Source: Bigelowiella natans CCMP2755 (taxonomy: Eukaryota; Protista; Cercozoa). Taken from it: a DNA stretch of 35,996 nucleotides. Of this stretch, positions 12,136 to 24,166 are shown piece by piece. The stretch is from contig ADNK01000198.1 in assembly GCA_000320545.1 (NCBI GenBank), positions 1 through 35,996 of the forward strand, in the 5' to 3' direction. The notes under the pieces were generated by a model. The model worked only from the letters and a program-made list of their open reading frames with translations. It did not search any database and had not been told where the DNA came from. Each line of letters opens with the position of its first letter. Position 1 is the stretch's first letter. The position numbers were made by a program, and so were the translations under genes.

Positions 12136-12551
12136 TTCCACAATATTATGCTCGATGATTATTTTATTAAACTGAGGTACTGCCACCATTAGCACGATGA
12201 TGATGATTCATGATCATCAATACAAGAGAGTATGATAGAATACTACTACTACTACTACTACTTTTGAAGCAACAACTGATAATCTATAATGTCTTTATTA
12301 CCTTAAGCAAATCAACAGCATCCTCTGCTTCTCCTCTCCCCTCTACGTAACTTCTAACAGCATTACCATCATTTTGATGATGATGAGTAGTAGACGCAAT
12401 GATGGTTTGCTCTCCAGTGTAGTATTCCACAGCGTGAGGTAATATATCATCCTTAACAGCATAAGCAATCGCACAATCTGCGGCCAAAGCTTCACGTATC
12501 ATCTTGAAATAGTGGCGTTCAGCTTCGTCCACCTCCTTATCAAACTCCTGA

Positions 12552-12590
<39 letters not shown>

Positions 12591-12913
12591 TTACAAGGAG
12601 GGAGAATTTTAGTATTGTATTAACTATGCTGCTCTCAGTTGCTGCTTACACATCCATATCCTTTTTGTTTGTTTGTCTTTCTTTCTTTCTAAGCTTTAGC
12701 ATCTATCTTCTTGTTACAACAACATACATACATACATGCATGCATACCGGAGGTGGTGGGATATCAATGCTAGTAAACCAGTGGAAGAATGAAGGCTGCG
12801 AGGTTAAGGGGGGGTGGGGGTTCATTCATAGAAGATTGGATCGTTCATCATTATCCATCGTTACAAGTGGGGAAGGGGGGAGATAGAGGAGAATTAGGAA
12901 GGAAAGAAGAGTG

Positions 12914-12953
<40 letters not shown>

Positions 12954-14038
12954 CGAGATTGGACAAATGAAACAAACTACTTACTCTGTGTTTGTATTTG
13001 TGATCATCGTTATCATCATCATCCTCCCCTGGTCCGTCCACCATTGCGCTCCTACAAGAAGATTCGATGTGACAACACAATCATTGTAAAATTAGTAACG
13101 TGCAGGCATATAAGCAACCAATATGAAGACAAAATGAATGAAAGAGAAGATGAACAAAGTACCGATTATTATTATTATGGGATTATCATCACATCATCAT
13201 CATCATCTAGCTAGTAATTACTTTCTGGGGTCCAAGTTTTTCCATTTTATCTGGGATGGGTTGGCTGATACGCTTATCAAATCTGTGATTCATATAATTA
13301 ATTATTGTTAAAAATGGCAAGGAAGGGTCGTTGACATAACAAAAATGAAAATGGTGATATTGATACTGATGAGCATTGATAGTAATACATTACATAGGGG
13401 TTTGGAAAAGGGGGGTTCATCACATCATCATCATCATCAATAACAACATCGTTTTTATTACCTGGCTCTAATGTTGGTACTTCGGGATCCATCTCGTAGG
13501 TCTTTGACTGATATGTTATCAACATCAGTCATCAGTTTAATTATAACAACACCACTTCACTACCACCAGCATAACCATCTGCATCAGCATGTAGATAGCG
13601 AAGAAGAACATATAGAAATCATTAAAGAGCATGCTGAGAAATTATTCCTTTTCTTATGAAACTTCTTTATTCCTTGTAGTACTTCCGTATTATTGTTATT
13701 TTTATGGCTGTTATTCTTCCTCATTTCATGCTTGTCTCACTACTACTACTACTACTACTACTACTATTACTAGATGTAGTAGTAGTAGTAGTAGTAGTAG
13801 TAGTATATGAGTAGAAGTGTGAGTAGTAGGAGTATTATTGTTGGATTGGATTGGTTGTTATGTTGTTATTATTACCAACTCTGGATGGTCGAAATATGGA
13901 TTATCACTCCTGAACTTAAAGCGCAGCTAAATCATCATTATTAACAATACAATGAATGAATTAAGACGAAGTAGTAGTAACATGGAGGAGGAGGAGGAGG
14001 AGGAGGAGGAGGACAATTGTGATGATGATCATTAGAAC

Positions 14039-14074
<36 letters not shown>

Positions 14075-14349
14075 GCCGATGGTGACTACCACTACCTACC
14101 ACACTACCTACCACTCTACCTACCACCATTACTTACTACTGGCACGAAATATCACTCCTGCTTTCTCCCCCTTTCCTTTTCTTTTCCTTGATTGATTATT
14201 TTCTTTTCTCTTGTTCAAAATTACTTAGTACTTATTACCGTGAATCCCTTCTTTGGAGGTGCTAGCATTTCTACTTCGATGTTCTCCAAATATCGTAGAA
14301 TCTCCATGTCCTTATTGCTATAATTAAATCACAAACGTGGAGACGCACA

Positions 14350-14397
<48 letters not shown>

Positions 14398-16054
14398 ATT
14401 ACGATAGAATATGATCACACACGTGACAGTAATGAATAATACTGATTAGAGTGAGTAGTTTGTTTACGAAACAGCAGTAGCAGCAGCAGCAGCACGTGGT
14501 ACCATTCTCTCTCTCCCTCTCTTTCCCTCTCGTAAGTGAGTGCTCAGCAGATTGATGAGACAACGTGAAAATTAAACTAATGCTGCTAATAGTACTAAAT
14601 CCCCCCCCCCCCCCCAACCTAATTGCATGCTTCACATCCTCGTGTGCTGAAAGCGCAAGAACCCAGAAATCAGGAATCTATTGTTAAGTATAAACGACGA
14701 TCAAACAATGATAATGATGAGGACGAAAATTGTAGTACTACATTGCAATAGATGCCTGATCGTGTCTTAAATATTTCCTTGGTATCAGCATGAAGCTGGA
14801 AACACACAAGTTATTATTATTCAAACACCACCCAATAAATAAAAAATATAGGAGAGAATGTCTATCAAAGGATGCTGATGCTGATGATGATGAGATGGAA
14901 AGAATTCTCAAATCACTCTACTTGAATAACGACGAAAGATTGATAACATCAACTTATTACTTTGTTGGCATTTCATGTGTGCGTGCAAGAAAAGATACTA
15001 TAGAGTAATCAATGTTAGAAAATGAAAGAAAAGAACGATACTACTTTCCGCTGAAGCTCATATATTTCGTTGCAGAATTTGCCGTATATCTTGTCGTACT
15101 GTTGATCGGAAGAGTGCAGTTTTTCGACAAAAGGACGAACGGATGGCTCTACTAAATTCAGGGCTGTACCTCTTGGATCATTACTATTATTTTCACCACC
15201 AATATCCCCCCCCCCCCTCAATCTAGATACGAGAAGTCGAAGCCCAACTCCTTCCTCCTCCTCTCTTCTTCTTCCCCTGTACGACGACTTCTTTGGCGTC
15301 ATCCTCCTCGTCATCGTCGTGAGGAATTCAGGAGTACCACTATCACGATTATTAGTACTACGCATCTTCCTAGCCGTAGTCTGTGAAGAAGAAGAAGAAG
15401 AAGAAGAGTAGTAAATAAAGTGTTGTTGTTTCATTCAATATCACAACTTGGTTATGAATAGCTGGCTACAACTGGCTTACATGGCATAATTAACACATCT
15501 CTATTTATCATCGTTGTTACAATATACTGCTACTCCATTCATATACACAGCGAGCACATGCATCATCGCGTCGATGCAGATATGAAAAGCTGGCAGAGAG
15601 CATGCTCTCAACCAATAATTTCTTGTCGTCGTCTTTTCAAGCTCGCTCACACAGTAGCACCACCACCTTGGTTACATCGTTCTTACTGTTATCACCACTT
15701 CTACTACCATAACTACCGCCATCAATATCATCACCATCATTAATTACAACATCCTATCATAACCTAACCCTTCTTATTTTCAATAAGCACCTGCTGCTGC
15801 TGCATCATCATTGACGGCTTGTTCGTCATGAAACTTGGTAGCGCGAGAGCTGTGATGACCACCGATAAAACCAAAGTTGTAGTAACCTTATCCCTTGCAC
15901 CACGAGTGATCTTCTGTCCCACCGTTCTTCTACTACTTGTTTTCCACACCGTGTTCCGTCTTATTGATGACGATAACATCAGTGGACCATGCTCGTGATG
16001 ACGACGACGATTTTGATGATGACTAGATGCTACTGGTTGAGTAGCAGAGGCCAT
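11301..16054 (-). CDS. Nucleosome assembly protein (NAP/SET family histone chaperone) with a long N-terminal leader
   Basis: Spliced exons: EIYELQRK|LHADTKEIFKTRSGIYCN|IPDFWVLALSAHEDVKHAI|SNKDMEILRYLENIEV...GFT|LRFKFRSDNPYFDHPEL|SKTYEM...IKWK...PSFFHWF...KDDILPHAVEYYTGE. These are the IPxFW, NPYF, SFFxxF and IPHAV..TGE motifs of the NAP family. The exact 3' end is uncertain. Confidence 0.88.
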
Positions 16055-16217
16055 TTCTTAATTCTTGCTATCGCCACCACCGGATTAGCCCGGTCGTAAC
16101 TGCTCGGAGAGAGCAAGCCACTCACTGTGTTCCTTCCTCCGCCTCCTTTCTTCGGCTCTCCCCGCCTTGAAAAGAGTTGTAGTGCTCCTCCTTGTTTTCC
16201 CTCTCTGAACTACGGGA
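16055..16217. promoter_or_regulatory. Putative compact bidirectional promoter between the NAP and BET-like genes
   Basis: ~160 bp, relatively GC-rich and microsatellite-free, between divergent ATGs at 16054 (-) and 16218 (+, inferred). Confidence 0.4.
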
Positions 16218-19200
16218 ATGGATCCTATCAGGTAGTAAAAAAACAAATGATGGAGGACTGTGCGAATTATTCCAGTTTTGTCATTTTAATAAGTGAGGAG
16301 GTCAAAAGGGGATGGATCGATGATCTCCCAGTCTATTCTCGATGTGCCATTTACAGTAGCAACTGTGCGCAAATTGTGCACTGTTCAAAACCCCCTCCCC
16401 CCCGACCCTACACGCCTATATTCTGCTACATAAATCCTGCCAGAAGGCATCAGCCATTTGAATTCACAATATGGTTTAACTTGAAGAGCGGGTTGCACAT
16501 TGCGAATACAACCACACATTCCTCTTAGAGGTATCTATGCGCCAAGAAGAACATAATCTATTGAACCAAGCTAAATAATTGTTTCCAGAGTATGACGTCA
16601 CCATTCTCTGTCTCCCCCTTATTGGATATCTAGACAGAATATCTAACAAGTGGGCCCGATGCTACCCCCCTACCCTTCCGCGATTGCCGCAACAATGAGA
16701 GACAGCGCTCACAAAGGATCACCATCGTGAGTAGTCATAGGGACTATTATGAGACTATTTGTTGGTTAATATATCATTTTGGAAGCTTAGGGCTTCGGAA
16801 ATCGCAAATAGAAAGGGGGGGGGGGGAGATAGCACCTGTGCAATGTTTCAGAACTGCAACGGTGATGTCCCTATAATTCTTTGCTATTCTATTATAAACG
16901 ACTAATAAATTTACTAGTCGTAGATAAAGATTTATAATTGATACTGAAATAGTATTTTTATGATAGGGCGTTACTTAGGATTGAAGTTGTGGATGTTGTC
17001 CGGGTAGGGGAGAATTAAGATCTTAAGAGGATCATTTGAACAGCATATATTTTCAAAAATTAATAAACTTGGCAGCGTTTTCTTTCATAGTTAGTTGACT
17101 ATATCAATGAAACGGCACATCTGATGGTGTGTCGTTCTATGCTGGAGACTGGCTGAGAGACCTGCAAGGCCGATATTTTAATTTTAAATGTACAACACAA
17201 GCTCAATTTTTTCGCCGAGCCGAGAAGAAGCGACATAGAGATTTATGGGATATTTGGCACATGTACTTGCTTAATTTTGCTCTCCGGAAAATCTCCTAAT
17301 TTGCATGCGCTCTCACGGAAAAAGAGTCTTCACGTCCCATCGCCCTTTCGTCTTCTCCGTCACCAGTCTGAGAAAATCGAAAGGCATCGTTCGCAGATCT
17401 ACTTAAGAGAAAGAAAGAAAAATTTGTAGCAAGAGCTGTAAGCAAGCTTGTACCTCTAAGAAACACCGATGAGGCAGAAGTTGGGGCAGGTTACGATTGT
17501 CGGAATTACAGTACTCCTTATCATCCTTGGCGTTTATTCATTAACGGGGGGGTGTACCTGACGAAACTATCGAATCATTTATTATAATGAAAATTAATTG
17601 AGAAGAAGGTCGTTCATTTTGTGGCGTATTCTTCTTCTTCTTCTTCTTCTTGTTCTTCTTCTTTTCCTAGGTTGTAGCAACCAAGGAGCTTCAAAGCCTC
17701 CGAAAGGAGGTAGCACGCCTGAAGCGACAGAATATTTCTCAGGAGAAGACAATCGCAGCATTAAGAGCGAAACTAAAGGCTGCTACTGTTGGTGCTATAC
17801 GTACCGCTTCTATGGAAAACTTTAGCCGAAAGAAGGGAGATACTAAAGTTGCTGCTGCTCGGCGAAATAAGGCTAGGATGGTGCGTGGGGGTGGTAATGA
17901 AATCAAAGTTGCCAAGGGAAGAAGACACCAATCTATGGCACCTCCATCAAGGGTAAATGTATGATAACTTAGTAGTACAAAAATGCATGTGTGTTCGGAC
18001 CTTGCTGACTGCGTTTCTATCATCCGTACTATCACCTGCAGAAGCATGGCCATCCCAGCACTAAACGCCGTGGTCCTCCACCAAAAAGAACTGAGATGGA
18101 GCAAGAGGCTGTGTTAAAAGATGATAGGCGTAAAAGATTGAAACACCGAAAGGCTGGAAGGGGGGGGGGAGGCGCTAGCATGTACGACGCCGTTAATAAC
18201 GATGCGAAAGGAAGGATAGACGAAGAGACGAATGGGTGGGTGGGTGATAGAGACAACGGCAGCATCGTGATTCAAATGCCAAAAACTGCGGAGAGATTGG
18301 GCACTATTCTTGATGCTGTCTTTTCATCCTTCTCGTCTCCACTGTATTCATTGGGTATAAAACCGATTTTGGGAGATGATTGTACATGGCAACGCCTCCA
18401 ATGTGATGGTGCGGTGATTCTTGCGAATAAAATCGAAGAATATGCATCTCCTTCTCCTTCATCGAAGCTTCGTTTTCTACGTGCAATCGATCTGCGGGAA
18501 AATAATATCACTGACGCTGGTGCCTATCGTCTCTTTCAAGCGTTGAAGGGATGCTGTCCAAGTACTACATAGATGAGGAAGAAAAGAAAAGAAAGAGCAT
18601 TAAGGGAGTAGTAGCGGGAAAGGAGGGAGGGGAGGGGGGAATCATCATGTAGCACCACTGTTTTTCGTTGTGTTATAGTCATTGATCAGTATAGAAGTAG
18701 AGAGTCCGCTATTACTATTAGTAGTAGCAGCAGTAGTAGTTCTGAATTATCCTCGTCTCTTTCGTCGTCATTATGATACTTCATTATATTATCTATTCGT
18801 CGTCGTAATTATCATCATCATGCTTGTTCGGGATACTTCTGCTACTTTTTCCTCCTCCTTTTCTAGGGCTAGAAGAATTGCTCCTCTCTCACAACCTTAT
18901 GCGTGATGCTGGAGGCATAGAGGCAGCTAAATTTGCACTGGAACATGGCGGAGTAATAAAAATGAGTGGCTGTTCTTGAATGTTTGTGTCTGTAGTAGTT
19001 AACAACAACAACAACTACACGAATGAAAAGAACGAAAGATGGTTTCTAGTATCCTTTATGTGGTGACGATGCTAATTCTCTTCTTCTTCTTCTTCTTCTT
19101 CTTCTTCTTCTTCTTGTTCTTATACAGGTTCGATCCATTGACCTTGCCTTCAACTCCATCACAGAAAAGGGAGCAATAGAAATAGTTGCGATCCTTGAAA

Positions 19201-21663
19201 GGGGAGTTATTTCAAACCAGAAAAGCAACAACTTGAGAAGTGGGAGAGATGATGGAAATAATAATACAGAGAAGAAAAAGAAGAACAGGGCATCATCATT
19301 ATCATCGCCAACATCCTTAGGAGATAATAGGAAAAGAACGAGACAAGCAGCAGCAGCAGCAGCAGCCTCGAAGAAAACGACAATAGTCGTCGATGATAAT
19401 GATGATGACGGTTACAACGGATGCTCCTCCTCTTCCTTCTCCTCCTCCCGCCAGGAGCACCAGCTACACACATTTGATTTATCCGAGAATCACGTACAGA
19501 TGACCACCATTGCGTGCATAAAAAAGCAACTGCGCCCTATGGAAGAAGAGAGGTAGATCTAGGGAAACAAAGTTGACTTCAGATCCTGTAGTAGTTGTAG
19601 TAGTTAGTGGTAGTAGTAGTCGCTGGAAGACAGGCAGACGTGACGGAACTGACAGCAACAATTGTGAGATAGATAGATAGATAGATAACTTTCCGATGAT
19701 GCACCATGATGACGATAAGATGATGACGACGACGACGACGACCATATTTTAACAAATAATAGATAGCAGAAGCATCTGAAACAATAGCTACTATAACACT
19801 CTCACTAAACAAAATATAATTCATTGGTTGGATTATCTACGAAAGGGCGCGTGGTAGGAATAAGCTAATAAATTCTACTCAACTACGATCTGGAAAAAGG
19901 AAGCGACAACTTGCTGCCGAGTTTACGCCTCGCATTCGACGGAACTGTTCGGCTATCATAGATATTCTGTGCAACCACAAGCTTGCAAGGTGCTAGAAGA
20001 ACGTAGTATTCGTAGTAGTAATTGCTAGGTGCTAGTTTCTATGTATTCTGCAGTTAATAATGACTAGCGAAGAAATGTAATCTTCAATCTTCTCTTTCAC
20101 TTCTATTGTCCCCTTCCTCTCGTAAGGTACTTTCTCTGCGGTCAAAGAAAGGGTGTGGAGAGCCGAATAAGCAACAGCAGCCGCAGCAGCAGCAGTCACG
20201 ATGAGGCATTCCTCGAGTGTGTTGGGGGGGGGCGACAACCCATATATTTAGACATGATTAGGGATGGAGTAGAGCAGGGGAAATACTGGCATGAAACTGA
20301 CGTTTTCGCAGCATTGAGGTAAGTAAGGAGAAGATTTACAAGAAGAAGAAGAAGAAGAAGAAGAAGAAGAAGACCACCATAAACGCCCATCATTATCATC
20401 ATCACCACCACCACCACCACCACCACTATAATGAGCATGAGCATCGTCGTCATCATCATCATCATCATAATAATCTTAGGCAATGCTTCGAAGACGCACT
20501 TTCGTTTTACAAACGTGGGTCGGCAGAGCATAAAGCAGCAGGTAGACTCTCACAACTTTTGGAGAAGAACATAGAGCTACTTCCGCCAGCGATCAGGTAA
20601 TATTTTTCTTCACTCATCTTTTCATCATGGTTGTTATTATTGTTGTCACATTCTCTTCCTCATTGATTCAGGCCCCCATTTGACCCTGCTACACCCTCAA
20701 TCGTCCGAAGAATCTTGTACCTCCACAAGGGGGGGAGGCATCAACATGTATTCTCAAAGTATGATAGAGAACTAGGAGAAGATAATAATACGCAGGAAGA
20801 CAAACAAGGAAATAATAAGAGGCCTACAATGGAGGATGATAAACAGGTAGTATGCTCCGTCATCATCATCATCATCATCATTAGCAGAAAAATACTCATC
20901 AATAGAAGAATAATCAGAGGAAGAAGAACCAACCACCATATATTACCATTTGCAACTAGCTATTCATTAGATAAATAAGACTCACAATTGCCCTGGTTTC
21001 GTTTATTTTTTCTCCTTCACCTCCTCCTTTTCCTCCCCCCCTTTCTCCTCCCCCAGGTCTTCCGTCATATTTACTCTCGTTTAGTGCGGAGACCAACCTC
21101 ATCCCGTGCTGTAATAAATCATTACGGTTGGGCATTGTTGGCGTCGCTACGAATCACACGCGTCTGGCCTTTCATTAATCCGATAGATGTTGATGCTCTT
21201 AAGGTGGTGGTGGTGGTGGTGGTGGTCGTGTATTTTTTTACTTCTTTCCGGGCAACTTCATCAATAAAGAAGAAGATCAAGAAGAATGTGATCAAATGAA
21301 AATGGAAGAGGATTAGAAATGCAGCTGCCTTCCTCCTCTACCCTATTTAATTGGTGTCCTCCTCCTTCTCCTCCTTCTCATCCCTCTCATCCTTCTCCTC
21401 CTTTCAATGCTCGTACTACCATCTGATGTTTGTTACCTTTATCATCGTCGTCTTCATCATCGTAGTTGTTGTCTCGATGACGATGACAATACGTACATAT
21501 ATACATATATACTTACTACTCTGTGGCTCTACCTGTCGCGTATACATAGATTCCTCGCTATCTTGAGATCGTAAAGACGCCAATATGTCTAGAGGACGTA
21601 AGAAGAAACCTCAATGATGGCGTCTACCAAACGCTGGATAAACTCCTTCTGGATGTAGAAAGG

Positions 21664-21694
<31 letters not shown>

Positions 21695-24134
21695 GAATAA
21701 TAAAATACATTAGACACTATTGCAGTTGTTGTTCACTGAAGATCCAAGAATTATTCCTGATCATCGTATTTTTTCTTTTACGTGATTATTACTTATTTGT
21801 CACAGGTGTTTGAAAATGCGATGAGTTTTAATCACAAGAAGACGAGGTACTTCAAAGATGCTGTCGAATGTTGGCAGCATTTCTTAGACACTATCGTCAA
21901 GACTGTTCCAAGGGATATCCTCTCCGTTTTCTTCCCTTGGCGCTCCTCCCCCCCATGTATCATGCGCCGTGTGTTTCTCTACGTCAGAAGTCGCGAACTC
22001 AAATTTACGGTAGTAGTAGCACTAGTACTAGTAGTACTGGTAGTAGTAGTTATAAGGATTTACCTCCTCACATCTAGCTTCTGAATCCGATGATGCTGCA
22101 TCATAATTATTCATCATCGTGGTCACTATCATCAGCGTCTTCACCATCATAGTTCTCAGCATGATCATTATCATTTAGTCTAATTCCTTTGTTGCTGTTC
22201 TTGTAGACCTGTAGATCTCAGGTTAGGAGACTCGCACGACGCCCTTTAAAGATGGTCTTCCGCCGTAAAAATGCAATAGAGGGTATCATGAGAATAAGGA
22301 GGAGAAAGAAGAAGAAAAAGAAGGAAAAGTTCACATGGAAGAAGAACAGCATTGAAGGAGGAGGAGCAGAGACTATTATGGGGAAAAGAAGAAGCAACAA
22401 CAACAACAACAATAGCAACAAAGAGTCGAGTACAGGAGGAGATGGTGTTGACGCGATCGACGATGGCAGCAACCATCCCTTTAGGATCATTCAATCTTAT
22501 CTACTTCACAAAATAGTTCAATTTGTCACAGTCAAAAAGAACAAGAACAAGAAGAATAAGACGAAACAGAAAGCATCATCCATACAATCAGTACCTAACA
22601 CTATGGAGGCGGGGAAGGAGGAGGAAAAGCTGAGGAAAAAGAAGAATGATAATAATGATCTTGGTAGTGAAAACGATTATGGCGATAAAGTTCAGGCCAA
22701 CGGTGAGAAGAAGAATAACAGCGGCAACAGCAGCAACAACAACAACAGCAATATCATCAAAGAAATAATATCAACATCAACCACCTCCTCCTCGTCCTCC
22801 TCATCGTTTATTTCATCATCATCGGACAACACCAAGAATATGATGACGACAATGAGGGCGAGGACGAGAAATAATGTACTGCTACAAGAAGACACCACCG
22901 ATGCTTCTTCTTCGGGTAGCCATTGCGTACATCCGAGAGAAGAGGAGCTGCTTCATGGGAAGAAGTTGTTGGAAAAGAAGAAGAAGGAACAGCTGCCAAA
23001 GGAGAAGAAGGAGGAGGAGAGAGTAGCGGTGGATGTTAAAGAGGATATGAATAATAAGGAGGAGGAGGAGGAGGGGGAAGAAGAAGAGGAAGAGGAAAGG
23101 GGTCAACAGCCACAACAGCAGCAGGGAGAGACGAAGAAAGATACAACATTAGCAAATTATTTCGACGACAATGATAATGAAGATGAGAAGGAGGATCATG
23201 AGGAGATTATTCCTGTGCAGCACCGTGGTCCTGGTAGTAATAGCGGTCGTAATTATCGATATTGGTACGTGGCCTACATCAATCCTGACACGTTTGGCTG
23301 CCTTCTCATACCGTTGCTCGAATATGATAACGGTGAAGAAGAAGAAGAAGGAGGAGGAGGACAACAGCAACTTTCTACCAACGCAAGAAACGATAACGAT
23401 AACAATAACGAAAATGAGGATGATGATGATGATGATGATGATTCCCAGCAGCATCCTCATCGCCATCGATCCAATATTCATCATCGGCGTTCATATGGAC
23501 GAAGAAGAAGGGGGAGGGAATTAAGATTAGCAGCTTCTATCACCGCTGATCCTAACAATCAGCAGTCCTGTTCACATAATAATAAGTACTATATGATAAC
23601 TGCTGATTGTACCGAGTTAGATGTAGTTCCTGCTATAAGGAGAGTAGAGGAGGAGGAGGAGGAGGAGGAGGAGCCAGGAGCAAAGCGAAGTGAAAGAAGA
23701 AGCAACCTTAATGATAATGACGATAGAATCCGTCTTATAGCAGATCAATATCATTATCCTAATTTCATGAAGAAAAAGGTAGGTAGTACTGCTCATCAAT
23801 TGATCAAGAGTAAAATTGTATTGAAATTATATCAGTAAAGAAGCAAATACTTCTAGCTATGAATAATAGTATTTATGGAACTGCTACTACTACTACTACT
23901 ACTACTACTACCTCCACTGCTACTCCTACTATTATCACCATACCAAGAATCGAATCGTTGTAGTTAGAATGAATGGTTAAGCCTCCTCCTCATCTTCTCA
24001 TTTACATAATCCTTCTCCTGCTGCTACTGCTCCTCCTCCTCAAACCCCTCTCTCCCCTCCCTCCTTCCTCGGCATTAATTCTAATGATCTCTATCTGCTG
24101 TGTTTTACTGGTGGTTCTCTTCTATCGCAACAAC

Positions 24135-24166
<32 letters not shown>

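Noticed and set aside
17469-17553. Apparent signal/TM start MRQKLGQVTIVGITVLLIILGVYSL, which would make the BET-like protein secreted or nucleomorph-targeted
   Set aside because: The overlapping frame (exon 17397-17551) is open, continues an upstream exon chain and splices exactly to the strong acceptor at 17671. Its T-ending codons explain the hydrophobic shifted frame. The ATG model needs a weaker donor and skipping of the first AG. It is not fully excluded as an alternative start.
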